Assembly: GCA_938083505.1 (NCBI GenBank)
Contig: CALKCF010000001.1
Location: forward strand, 17,388 to 81,387
Source: an uncultured archaeon
GTDB lineage: Archaea; Thermoproteota; Nitrososphaeria_A; Caldarchaeales; Wolframiiraptoraceae
DNA: 64,000 nucleotides
Direction: 5' to 3'
The notes beneath the pieces are model-generated. The model was not told where the DNA came from and ran no database searches. It saw nothing but the letters and a program-made list of their open reading frames with translations. How positions within the stretch are numbered: the stretch's first letter is position 1; every line of letters begins with the position of its first letter. The translations under genes and the position numbers were made by a program. Below are positions 39,989-49,592 of this stretch, piece after piece.

Positions 39989-40411
39989 CTAACGGTTATC
40001 ATCTATAGCCTCATTAGCAAGCTCGTCGGCCAGCTTGTTCAACTCTCTGGAGATGTGAAAGTACTCGACATTAAGTAATCTTTCCAGCTCTTTAACCTCG
40101 GAGTAAAGCTTGCCAAGCCTTGCCTCTTTAACAGAGAATTCACCCCTAAGCTGCTTCACTATCAGCTCACTATCGGAGAAAACCTTTACTTTTTTTACAT
40201 TAAACTCTATAGCTAACTTTAGTCCTTCTAGGAGTGCTAAATATTCGACCTCATTGTTTGTTTTGTTGCCAACAAACTTCTTGAAACAAATCGTCTTAGA
40301 ATTGAACTTGAGAACAATGCCGATACCAGCGGGTCCAGGATTACCTCTAGATGCACCGTCAACGTATATCTCGACCTCGGCAAGCCCTTGAGTGCTGCGA
40401 TTTGATTGCAA
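39989..40411 (-). CDS. rnhA: ribonuclease HI
   Basis: The DGASRGNPGPAG motif and the DEDD catalytic residue pattern are present. Confidence 0.8.
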   Translation of the reverse strand: MQSNRSTQGLAEVEIYVDGASRGNPGPAGIGIVLKFNSKTICFKKFVGNKTNNEVEYLALLEGLKLAIEFNVKKVKVFSDSELIVKQLRGEFSVKEARLGKLYSEVKELERLLNVEYFHISRELNKLADELANEAIDDNR

Positions 40412-40430
40412 GTAATTTTTACCCTAAAGT

Positions 40431-42806
40431 TCAGTTTTTAGATTTTGTAAGTTCGTTGAGTTTTTCTAAAATTATTTTCTGTTCTATGCTGGCGACGAGC
40501 TGCTTCGTTTTGATCACAACGTCTGGGTTGACGCTTATTGAATCGATACCACATCTAACTAGGAATTCTGTGAATTCTGGATAAACGCTGGGTGCCTGTC
40601 CGCAAATCGAAACGGTAACACCATTTTCGTGCGCAACTTTTATCAGATTTTCTATTGCCCTCAGTACAGCCGGGTCTCTTTCGTCAAAATATCTGGCGTC
40701 TATGCTGGGCAATATGGCAGAATCTCTGTCGGTCGCCAAGATGAACTGAGTGAGGTCGTTAGAACCTATGCTGAAACCATCGCATAACTTGCTAAACTCA
40801 TCCGCCATGAGTATCGTGCTTGGAACTTCTGCCATCAGCCATACTTTAAAGTCCCTGCCTCTCTCAAGCCCTTCCTCTTTCATTATTTCTAAGACTCTTT
40901 CTATTTCCCATATGGTCCTCGCCATCGGTATCATGACCCAAACATTCTTCAGACCCCACTCATCTCTAACCTTTTTGATAGCCTTACATTCAAGTCTAAA
41001 TGCCTTTTCGTACCCTTTGCTTATATACCTCGCTGCCCCTCTCCATCCCATCATCGGGTTCGCTTCTTCAACCTCATACTTCTCTCCGCCCTTTAATTCT
41101 CTATACTCATTCGTCTTGAAGTCTGAAAACCTGACCACGACTGGTCTGGGTTGTATCGCCCTAGCAACTTTTGCAACCCCCTCAGCTAGCTTATCCACGA
41201 ACTTTTCAGGCTGACCTATCTCAATGAGATAATTTGGGTGCTCGCCTATGTATGAGGCCAGTATGAACTCTATGCGCATTAAACCTATACCATCAAAGGG
41301 CAGATCTGCATACTCATCTATCTTTTCTGGAACACCAAGGTTCATCATGATCTTCGTAGCTGTAACTGGCACATTAATTAAAGAGACTGGGGCACCAGAA
41401 GGTACGCCTGCGGGAGTCGGTGGTTTTGCCATTAACTCCTCTACAGCACCTTCGTATACTACGCCCGATTTAGCATCTACTGTGTAAATCTGTCCATCTT
41501 TCATAGTCTCGATGGCATCACCAGTGCCTACTATACAAGGTATGCCCAACTCTCTTGAAACTATAGCTGCATGACATGTCATTCCGCCTTCTGAGGTCAC
41601 TATTGCTGATGCTATCCGCATTGCAGGTACCCAATCGGGCGACGTCATTCGTGTGACTAATATGTCGCCCTTTCTCATCTGCCCTATGTTCTTTATGTCT
41701 AAGATCACCCTGGCAGTCCCAATAGCAATGCCAGGGCTTGCTGGCAATCCTTTCGTGACAACTTTTCTAGCAACCGTTACGGTTCCAGATTTTACAGGAA
41801 TTTCTGCAGCTGCTTTCTGGGACCATACAGTCTCAGGTCTAGACTGAACTATGAAAACATTGTATGGGAAAGGTACATCCATATCTATGCTCCATTCTAT
41901 GTCCTGTGGTGTGCCATAATGTTCTTCGATGCGGATAGCGAGTTCTGCGAGCCTATATATCTCTTCATCAGTTAAGCATGGCACATTCTGCTTCGAAAGT
42001 GGGACCCCATGCTTCTCCGTACCACCTTTTGGGCTGTAAATAATCTCGATAGTTTTCCTCGCAACCTTCTTTTCAATTATCTTTAATGTTTTTTTGTCAA
42101 CAATATATACATCTGGTGTTGCTTCACCGCTTACTACAGACTCGCCAAGTCCCCAGTTGGCTTCTATTAGTATCTTTGATGTATCACCTGTAATTGGGTG
42201 TAGTGTGAACATTACGCCAGAGGCTTTTGCATTAACCATCTTCTGAACTACTACACATAAGTACACACTCATATGATCGAATCCTTTCTCATGTCTGTAA
42301 AATGTTGCCCTTGACGTGAACAAGCTTGCCCAACATTTCTTAACACTTTCCAACAGTTGCTTTTCACCCCTAACGTTTAGGTAAGTTTCTTGCTGTCCAG
42401 CGAAGCTGGCCGATGTCAAATCTTCAGCAGTTGCACTCGATCTGACGGCTACAGGAGGGTCTATCATACCTACTTTCTCAGCCAACTTCCTGTACGCCGC
42501 TATTATCTCTACCTCTAACTCTTTGGGAATTTCTTGCTTTAATATGAGTCCCCTTATTTCTCTGGTTTTCTCTTCTATCGACTCAGGATTTGAGTAATTT
42601 ATTTCACTCAATATATTATGTATTTGTTCAACAATACCAGCCTTCTCTATAAAATACTTGTATGCATATGCTGTTATTGTAAAACCGGGAGGTACAGGTA
42701 TGCCAAGTCTTAACATTTCGCCTAAGTTCGCACCCTTACCCCCAACTAGGGGTACATCCTCCTTTGTTATTGACTCCAGTTCAAGTATGAACGTGTTCTC
42801 TTTCAT
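40431..42806 (-). CDS. ppsA: phosphoenolpyruvate synthase (PEP/water dikinase)
   Basis: 791 aa. The ATP-grasp N-domain, the phosphohistidine domain ([17 protein letters not shown]) and the PEP-utilising C-domain are all present. Confidence 0.9.
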   Translation of the reverse strand: MKENTFILELESITKEDVPLVGGKGANLGEMLRLGIPVPPGFTITAYAYKYFIEKAGIVEQIHNILSEINYSNPESIEEKTREIRGLILKQEIPKELEVEIIAAYRKLAEKVGMIDPPVAVRSSATAEDLTSASFAGQQETYLNVRGEKQLLESVKKCWASLFTSRATFYRHEKGFDHMSVYLCVVVQKMVNAKASGVMFTLHPITGDTSKILIEANWGLGESVVSGEATPDVYIVDKKTLKIIEKKVARKTIEIIYSPKGGTEKHGVPLSKQNVPCLTDEEIYRLAELAIRIEEHYGTPQDIEWSIDMDVPFPYNVFIVQSRPETVWSQKAAAEIPVKSGTVTVARKVVTKGLPASPGIAIGTARVILDIKNIGQMRKGDILVTRMTSPDWVPAMRIASAIVTSEGGMTCHAAIVSRELGIPCIVGTGDAIETMKDGQIYTVDAKSGVVYEGAVEELMAKPPTPAGVPSGAPVSLINVPVTATKIMMNLGVPEKIDEYADLPFDGIGLMRIEFILASYIGEHPNYLIEIGQPEKFVDKLAEGVAKVARAIQPRPVVVRFSDFKTNEYRELKGGEKYEVEEANPMMGWRGAARYISKGYEKAFRLECKAIKKVRDEWGLKNVWVMIPMARTIWEIERVLEIMKEEGLERGRDFKVWLMAEVPSTILMADEFSKLCDGFSIGSNDLTQFILATDRDSAILPSIDARYFDERDPAVLRAIENLIKVAHENGVTVSICGQAPSVYPEFTEFLVRCGIDSISVNPDVVIKTKQLVASIEQKIILEKLNELTKSKN

Positions 42807-42867
42807 TTCTCTTACCTCATTAATCTTATTAAGGAATTATATTCCTTGTTAATTTTTAAGCGTTTAG

Positions 42868-43380
42868 CTAGGAGGATGTCTTTAGCTCTACTAATTTGCT
42901 AATAGTTACCTTATAACTCTTAGGAAGCTTTTTTGACGCCAGCTCAAGGGCTTCCTTAGCCACATTAACGCCGTTTTCATACACAAGAACCCTGAAGACA
43001 GGCTTTCCAGGTTCCAGCCTTGCAGCCCTTCCTATGGGCTTTCCGAATGCCCTTCTCATACCTTCCTGTAGCCTATCGGCATGCGCCCCAAAGATCATCT
43101 TGTTTTCCCTTAAAATGATGTGTGGGTGGGTCTTGAGTTCTAGGAAATAATTTTCACCTAATTTGCTACTAAGCATCTTTCCTATGGACACTCTGGCCGA
43201 CTCTAGCGCTACATCCCTAACCTGAAGCTCTTCCAACGCTATAAGCTCAAGTTCGTGTGTATAGTCTTCTCTGTAAGTTCCCATCGTGTACTTACTTATT
43301 CTTGGCTCAGGTGCACCATGGATATATTCCCCTCTTGTATAGGGCATACCTTCTGTCCTGCGGTAGTTCCTAGCCTTCAT
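42868..43380 (-). CDS. rpl10e: ribosomal protein L10e (uL16)
   Basis: 170 aa with the N-terminal ARNYRR...PYTR.EYI.G.P pattern typical of L10e. Confidence 0.8.
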   Translation of the reverse strand: MKARNYRRTEGMPYTRGEYIHGAPEPRISKYTMGTYREDYTHELELIALEELQVRDVALESARVSIGKMLSSKLGENYFLELKTHPHIILRENKMIFGAHADRLQEGMRRAFGKPIGRAARLEPGKPVFRVLVYENGVNVAKEALELASKKLPKSYKVTISKLVELKTSS

Positions 43381-43470
43381 CTATCTACCCTCTTTGCTTA
43401 TATTACAAGAATCAGCCGCTAATTAATCTTTATCAAGGTTTGTTTTTAATAAATTTGACCTTCTATAACA

Positions 43471-44088
43471 TCATTCCCTTCTGAGGAATCTTTCTGATGC
43501 AATACTAGACGGTTCTCGAACCAGCAAGAAATAACCGCCGCCTCGGCCGGTCAACTCATCCATTATCCTTTTAGTAATCGCCTTTGCAGGATCTGAGAGC
43601 CCGCCCCTTTCATGCAAATCTTTAAAGGATTCGAAAGGTTTCTTTTCCCTTTCTTCCAGAATTTTTTGCATAGATTTTTTACCAATGCCAGGAATCAGTT
43701 CAAGCGCATGGAGTCTTGGTGACACGGGTGTGCATGTATTAAAGAACTCTACAAACCTTTGCTCATTTGCCTGAACTATCTTTTGGATAACATCCTCCAA
43801 TTCAAGTTTAGCATTCTCAGTAAGCTCATCATAATTTATACGTCTGAGTATTCTTAAGATGTTTCTCGGAACATCTTTACCTATATAGAGCCTTATGCCT
43901 ACGCGCGGTCTATAATTCTCGTTTATCGCAGCCTCCAGGAGAGTAAAGTATTCTTCACCTAACAATTGGATAAGCAATTCATCCTTATGTATATTTACAT
44001 GAGAAGTTGAGCTCCTGAGCAGTGTCGCATCGACTACATCCAATACATAAGCATAATCCTCATATTTCTTCTGCTTTTGCAGATGCAA
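43471..44088 (-). CDS. OB-fold plus helix-hairpin-helix nucleic-acid-binding protein (DUF655/COG1491-like)
   Basis: The HhH motif LIPGIGKKSMQKIL is present, and the gene sits in the conserved L21e-RpoF neighbourhood. Confidence 0.55.
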   Translation of the reverse strand: MHLQKQKKYEDYAYVLDVVDATLLRSSTSHVNIHKDELLIQLLGEEYFTLLEAAINENYRPRVGIRLYIGKDVPRNILRILRRINYDELTENAKLELEDVIQKIVQANEQRFVEFFNTCTPVSPRLHALELIPGIGKKSMQKILEEREKKPFESFKDLHERGGLSDPAKAITKRIMDELTGRGGGYFLLVREPSSIASERFLRRE

Positions 44089-44127
44089 TCCCCCTTTTGA
44101 CGTCCTGCCTTACACGTTCAAAATTCG

Positions 44128-44490
44128 TTATTTGCTTGCCTCTAAAGCTTGCTCAACAAGGTTCAATATACCGCGCATCTTTTCTTCAGAGAATAATAAA
44201 AACGATACTAGGCGACGGTAACCACTCAGGATTGTTCTAAGTTCATCGAGAGTCTCAGGACATATGTCAGCAACTTGGACCGCCTCCTCCCTTTCTAGTC
44301 CGTATTCGTTCATAAGCTTAGTGATAAGCAACTCAGCCTGCTCAGGAGTTAATTTTGAGTACTTTTTTGTATAATTCAACGTTTTTAGCTGAAATGGGTT
44401 TAAGTATTGTTCCCTTTCTTCCAAGAGCTTCTTGACCTCAGCTATGGGTATAGGTTTAGAACTCAATATCTTCCTTGGCAACTCAGCCAC
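44128..44490 (-). CDS. rpoF: DNA-directed RNA polymerase subunit Rpo4/F
   Basis: 120 aa. The size, acidic helical character and position immediately downstream of rpl21e all fit Rpo4. Confidence 0.65.
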   Translation of the reverse strand: MAELPRKILSSKPIPIAEVKKLLEEREQYLNPFQLKTLNYTKKYSKLTPEQAELLITKLMNEYGLEREEAVQVADICPETLDELRTILSGYRRLVSFLLFSEEKMRGILNLVEQALEASK

Positions 44491-44779
44491 CTTCCCAAGG
44501 TCTGAGATGGTCTGGCAATATCGTTAGCTTCTTCAACTTATCTCCTAACATTAGAGAGACTTCGTATGCATTACCCTTCTTAGATAGTATTGTGCCTATT
44601 TTACCATAAAATCTTTTATGCGGCATCCCCTTCTGAACTGCCGGGTCAACTACTATTAACACTTTATCACCCGGATTATACTCTCTGATGTATATATCCG
44701 GTCTTGGACCACTTCGCAAGCCATACTTCTTCCTAAGTAGTTGCCTAGTTCTCACCCTGTAACCATGCGAGTTGGGCAT
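44483..44779 (-). CDS. rpl21e: ribosomal protein L21e
   Basis: 98 aa. MPNSHGYRVRTR...GDKV...HKRFYGKIG are L21e signature residues. Confidence 0.85.
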   Translation of the reverse strand: MPNSHGYRVRTRQLLRKKYGLRSGPRPDIYIREYNPGDKVLIVVDPAVQKGMPHKRFYGKIGTILSKKGNAYEVSLMLGDKLKKLTILPDHLRPWEGG

Positions 44780-44787
44780 ACCAGCCT

Positions 44788-46116
44788 TTACTCCTCCACT
44801 TCTAGTACTGAAAGGGTAATATTTATTGGTGTGGTTCCTAGAGTATCAGCTATATTAGGCACAGTCCTCCCACCATCCCCGTTTATCACCTCTTTTATGT
44901 AAAGACCTCCTTGTGCCTTTATCTTGAACTCTACGAGCTTATCTCCTTTCTTTTCAGCCTCTATGAAATAGAGGTATTTTTTCCTAACTTTTTCGCCTCT
45001 ACGGAAAATTCTGCTCGGCGTCCTCTGATGTATCAATAAGTTTCTGAATTTCTCGCAGAGTTCTTTTAGCCTTTCCTCATCTACACTCGACTCGAACTCA
45101 ACAAGCGCAATGTAAGTTTTTGATGTAATTGCTGATTTTGCTTTCATATCCCTCACATCTTTTTTTGTTGCATAAGATAAAGATAAGACTTCGACCTTAC
45201 CCTTTGCACACTCATTTATAGCATCTTGTAGTTGGTTGAGTTGAACAAATCTCTTCCTTGGTGATTTTAACTCGAGGATAAATGGTCTTCCATTTCCAAG
45301 AACTGTTACATCCACATCTTCTCTTCCTGCTGCATGAAATTTATAGTCTAGGGCTTCAAAGAAGCCCAGCGCCGGATTTCCTATAAGTTCGCTGATGGAA
45401 TCCGAATATTCCCTTCCAGTATGGCCGCAAGCATCACACCCCTTACCTCGACACTTCCTGCATATCCATGGTGCCTGAGGTATGTTAGGTTGTAACTTTT
45501 TATAATAACCCTTGATAAACACAGGATTTGACTTAATAGTAAATGTACCTGAAAAAATGTCCACAATTATAGTTACATCTGGTGTGGCAAATTCAACGGG
45601 CTTTTTCATAATTCCTTCAATAATTTTCCCTATTTCTCTCGTTATGTCGCTCTTGATTTCTTCACCAAAGGTTAAGGCGAACTCGGCCTTTATTTGGTCA
45701 TCTTTTTCTTTTATATGAGCTGGGATGGTTGCGCCTATTAAAAAGTTCGAAAATTCATATTCTTTCAGCTCTTCCACTATCTTTTCAGCCATACGACGAA
45801 AATTCTCATCAGTCAATTTGCCTTCGCAAATATAGCATGTTTTAATTTCGTTAATCTGATAATTGAGCAATTTGGCAAACTTTATCACGTATCTGTTCAT
45901 GCCATTTTCAGCAACCGTTTTCAAAATATTTGCTGCATCCATATTGTTCATTAATAACTTTAGGTTTGCCTCCATCGCTAACACGACTTTAAGATTCTCA
46001 CCCCTTGCCTTATTGCCCACGCCGGATAGTAGCCTCGCAAATTGTCTTCCGAGGCAGTAATCACAAAGTGCATACTTCTGCAACATCCTATAAGCTAAGT
46101 CAAGTATCCCCTCCAT
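44788..46116 (-). CDS. pus10: tRNA pseudouridine synthase Pus10
   Basis: 442 aa. The N-terminal zinc ribbon (CDYCLGRQF...CYICEG), the THUMP-like region and the C-terminal catalytic domain are present. Confidence 0.75.
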   Translation of the reverse strand: MEGILDLAYRMLQKYALCDYCLGRQFARLLSGVGNKARGENLKVVLAMEANLKLLMNNMDAANILKTVAENGMNRYVIKFAKLLNYQINEIKTCYICEGKLTDENFRRMAEKIVEELKEYEFSNFLIGATIPAHIKEKDDQIKAEFALTFGEEIKSDITREIGKIIEGIMKKPVEFATPDVTIIVDIFSGTFTIKSNPVFIKGYYKKLQPNIPQAPWICRKCRGKGCDACGHTGREYSDSISELIGNPALGFFEALDYKFHAAGREDVDVTVLGNGRPFILELKSPRKRFVQLNQLQDAINECAKGKVEVLSLSYATKKDVRDMKAKSAITSKTYIALVEFESSVDEERLKELCEKFRNLLIHQRTPSRIFRRGEKVRKKYLYFIEAEKKGDKLVEFKIKAQGGLYIKEVINGDGGRTVPNIADTLGTTPINITLSVLEVEE

Positions 46117-46140
46117 TTGTGTTCACCAACTTTGCTCATT

Positions 46141-47487
46141 TCATTCTCCTAATTCTGCACTAAACATACGCTTTGGTAACTTCAAAGGAGACCTTTTTAT
46201 AGATTTTATCATCCTTTTTAATAAATTATATTGTTGGAGGAGGTGTTTAACATCCTTCTCGGTCACACCCGATCCTCTAGCTATACGTCTTATCCTCGAG
46301 GAGTCTATAATGTGAGGGTTCTTCCTTTCCTCAGGCGTCATAGAAAGTAAAATCGCCGACCATTTTTCGATCTGCGTCTCAACCTTTTCGAATTCCTCGT
46401 CAGGTATATTGGGAAGTCCAGGTAAAGGTAACTTCGATATTATTTTCTTCAAAGGTCCTAATTTTTTCATTTCTTTAAACTGTTTTATAAAATCTTCTAA
46501 GGTAAACTTCCCGCTTGTAAAACTCTTGAGCCTCTCCTTGTTAAACTCCAACTCGGCAATCTTTACTCTTTCTAGTAAACCCTTTATGTCGCCTATACCT
46601 AAGAGCCTACCGATGAAGCCTTGTGGGTTAAACACTTCTATATCTTCGAGTTTCTCACCAGTTCCGATAAATTTTATCTGTGCTCCAGTGGCCGCCACGG
46701 CCGATAGTGCACCACCACCTTTCGCAGAGGTATCCATCTTAGTGATTATTATAGAACCTATTGGTGTTGCTTTGTGAAATGCCTCAGCATGTGCACCAGC
46801 CTGTTGACCTATCGTTCCATCCAACACCAACATTATTTCGTTAGGTTTAATGTTTTCCTCTAACATCTTCATCTCTTGCATTAGCGATTGTTGATCTTTG
46901 TGTCTACCAGCCGTATCTATAATTATAACGTTGCATTTTTGTTTGGATAGACATTCAACACCCTTTGTGGCTATAGTAATAGCATCACGCTCTTCAGGTA
47001 GGCCGTAGACAGGTATGTCTTTCCCATCAAGGAGTTGTCTTAACTGTTCATATGCTCCAGTTCTGAATGTGTCAGCGCAGACTACACCTACCGAGTAACC
47101 CAATTTCTTGAGATAATTTGCCAGCTTTGCAACTGTAGTTGTTTTTCCGTGTCCTTGTATGCCAACAACCATGATTACGTATTGTTTAGATTTATCTATG
47201 GTAATCTTATAGGGCTTCTCACCTATCAGCGATATAAGTTCCTCGTACACTATTTTTATAATTTGATCTTTCTTGGAAATACCTGGTGGAACTTTCTCTG
47301 TCAATGTCCTATTCCTTATCTTCTCCGAGAGTTTCATCACGAGCTCAACATTTACGTCCGAGACCAGGAGAGCTCTTTGTATGCCTCTTATGAGTTCCTC
47401 GACGACATTTTTATCTACACCTGTTGCAGACATGAATTTGCTTATGGCCTGTTTTATGAGTTCACCGAGCGAAGTTATCGGGTTCAA
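46141..47487 (-). CDS. srp54: signal recognition particle protein SRP54
   Basis: 448 aa. The N and G domains (GIQGHGKTTT, DTAGR) and the Met-rich M domain are present. Confidence 0.9.
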   Translation of the reverse strand: MNPITSLGELIKQAISKFMSATGVDKNVVEELIRGIQRALLVSDVNVELVMKLSEKIRNRTLTEKVPPGISKKDQIIKIVYEELISLIGEKPYKITIDKSKQYVIMVVGIQGHGKTTTVAKLANYLKKLGYSVGVVCADTFRTGAYEQLRQLLDGKDIPVYGLPEERDAITIATKGVECLSKQKCNVIIIDTAGRHKDQQSLMQEMKMLEENIKPNEIMLVLDGTIGQQAGAHAEAFHKATPIGSIIITKMDTSAKGGGALSAVAATGAQIKFIGTGEKLEDIEVFNPQGFIGRLLGIGDIKGLLERVKIAELEFNKERLKSFTSGKFTLEDFIKQFKEMKKLGPLKKIISKLPLPGLPNIPDEEFEKVETQIEKWSAILLSMTPEERKNPHIIDSSRIRRIARGSGVTEKDVKHLLQQYNLLKRMIKSIKRSPLKLPKRMFSAELGE

Positions 47488-47550
47488 GGCTTAAGTAATA
47501 CTCTGAAATCTAATAATAAAGGTTGCTCAAGAAGTATTTATCCTCAACGA

Positions 47551-48552
47551 GTGCATAAGGGGGTGGTGCCGCATTTGAACAGCAAAAGAACAGCCCTAAT
47601 AGAGGGTAGTTATGTCGAGGTAGGAGTCGGTGTGATATTTGCAGTAAAGGGTGTATCACATCCACCTAAAGGAGTTATAGCGGTTCCAAAGTATATAAAA
47701 ACAGAAGGTTCGGTCGTCAAATTGAACAGTTTCAATTCCTCGGTGTATTTTCTCAGGAGACATTTTCGTGAGTTTTTAATACATGACGAGTACTTAGGCC
47801 AAGAGATACCGTTTGTACCTTTAGAGGAAGTTAAGCGAGTTTACGACCCGATCGATGGAAAGAATTATTTGAGAAAAGATGCGATATCGAGCATTGCCCT
47901 TAAAATGGTGGAGCTAATTGTTGAGAACTCCGGAATAGAGAGCGACTTCGTTGGCATATCAGGTTCTATCCTTTTAGGTCTTTATAACGAATTCTCTGAC
48001 ATTGACATTGTAGTTTATGGTATAAAAAATTGTTTGAAAGTTTATGACGCCCTAAAACTTATGCGTGAAAATAATATAACTGAACATCTTTCTGAAGGTT
48101 TCTTAAAAAAAATCTTGGAATCTAGATCTGACACGCTCATGGAACCTATCGTGTGGATGATGCATGAAAAAAGAAAACTTACAAACGGAGTATTCATGGG
48201 AAGACCATATACACTAAAACTCACTCCTCTTCCAGAAGAATTTTGGGACAAATACGGAGAGCGCCGTTTTAAGGAAATCGGTAGGGCCATCATACGCTTC
48301 CAAGTAAGTGATGCTTCAAAGAGCATCTTCACACCTTGTCGTTATGAGATCAAGGTGATTAGTATAATCAATGGACCGGAGATTTCGTCGAAGGTATCTT
48401 CGATCGTTTCATTCAGAAGTAGATTTGCCGAACAGCTTCGCGAAGGTGAAGTTGGTATAGCTTCAGGAAGGCTTGAATTATCAAACGATGAGAGGTTAAG
48501 ATTATTTATCGGAAATGATCCACATGACCTTTTAATGGTCGATTCGTCTTGA
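47551..48552 (+). CDS. pol-beta-superfamily nucleotidyltransferase-domain protein, tandem paralog 1
   Basis: The minimal NTase motif is GISGSILLGLYNEFSDIDIVVYG (G-S x11 D-I-D). The start is chosen at the in-frame GTG 47551, because the longer ORF from 47149 runs antisense through srp54. Confidence 0.6.
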   Translation: MHKGVVPHLNSKRTALIEGSYVEVGVGVIFAVKGVSHPPKGVIAVPKYIKTEGSVVKLNSFNSSVYFLRRHFREFLIHDEYLGQEIPFVPLEEVKRVYDPIDGKNYLRKDAISSIALKMVELIVENSGIESDFVGISGSILLGLYNEFSDIDIVVYGIKNCLKVYDALKLMRENNITEHLSEGFLKKILESRSDTLMEPIVWMMHEKRKLTNGVFMGRPYTLKLTPLPEEFWDKYGERRFKEIGRAIIRFQVSDASKSIFTPCRYEIKVISIINGPEISSKVSSIVSFRSRFAEQLREGEVGIASGRLELSNDERLRLFIGNDPHDLLMVDSS

Positions 48553-49592
48553 GAAGGTTTAGAGACAAAGATTATGTTGAGACATATGAAGAGCGGTTCT
48601 TCTGTGTAGTAGGTGAAAACCATCCTCATGATAGACTTATTGCATATTTGAAGTACTTGCCGGGCGATGGTGCATGGTCACGGCGAGGAAAAAGTTTCAC
48701 GAGAGTCATACGTAGTTATTCGATGCAAGAGTTAGTTGATACGATAAATTTTCTTAAGAAAAATAAACCTGAGTATGTTTTTTACGACGAAACGATAGCT
48801 ACTGAGATGTCTTGTGTTCCACTTAACAAAGTGTTAAAATACTATAGATGCGACAAGAGATTACGTGAGATATTAAAGGATGATAGGTTAGATGAACTTG
48901 AGAGCAAAGCTAAGGAATTGGTGGAATCAATAGTAAAAGTTTCTGGTATAGACGTTAAAAACATGGGAATCACCGGCTCAATACTTTTAAAAATACATCA
49001 TCTGAATTCGGACATAGATCTTGTTGTATATGGAAAAAACAACTTTTGGAAAGTGTTACACAACTTATACTTGATTAATGATATTAAACCCCTCGACGAG
49101 TTAAGATTAAACGAGTGGATTAAGAGGATAAGTGCAAAATATCCTATTTCTATAGATATAATATCGAAGCTGGTAAAGTTGGTAAGGAACAAATACATTT
49201 ACAAAGGCACACCTTTCTCGATTCATGGTGTCAGATTAGATGAAGAAGTGACAAGAAGTTATGGTGAAGTTATTTACCGTAAATTAGGTCTTGCTAAAAT
49301 AAGGGCAGTAATTTCTGACGCATCAGAATCTTGTTTCACACCGGCTATTTATAGACTATCTAACGTGGAGACAGAACAAGAATACGCTAAAGATGTAGAA
49401 ATACTGGCATGTTTTGATGGAACATTCACAGCGATGTTTGATGAGGGTACATATATAGAGGCTTTCGGAAAGGTCGAGCGCGTTATGGAGCTAAAAAGTG
49501 GGCGCGTATTTAAATGGTTGCTAATCGGTACGTTTGAAGGTATGGACAAAGAGTATATTATTCCGATTAAAGAAGCACCTTTACCTCATTAA
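48549..49592 (+). CDS. pol-beta-superfamily nucleotidyltransferase-domain protein, tandem paralog 2
   Basis: The NTase motif is GITGSILLKIHHLNSDIDLVVYG. It shares blocks with paralog 1 (YVE...HP...IA..KY, ISDAS.S.FTP..Y). Its ATG overlaps the paralog-1 stop (ATGA). Confidence 0.65.
   Translation: MRRFRDKDYVETYEERFFCVVGENHPHDRLIAYLKYLPGDGAWSRRGKSFTRVIRSYSMQELVDTINFLKKNKPEYVFYDETIATEMSCVPLNKVLKYYRCDKRLREILKDDRLDELESKAKELVESIVKVSGIDVKNMGITGSILLKIHHLNSDIDLVVYGKNNFWKVLHNLYLINDIKPLDELRLNEWIKRISAKYPISIDIISKLVKLVRNKYIYKGTPFSIHGVRLDEEVTRSYGEVIYRKLGLAKIRAVISDASESCFTPAIYRLSNVETEQEYAKDVEILACFDGTFTAMFDEGTYIEAFGKVERVMELKSGRVFKWLLIGTFEGMDKEYIIPIKEAPLPH

Noticed and set aside
47149-47550. The first 134 codons of the 467-aa ORF 47149..48552
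   Set aside because: This part lies antisense inside srp54 (46141..47487) and in its promoter. I trimmed the start to the in-frame GTG at 47551, after the srp54 start.
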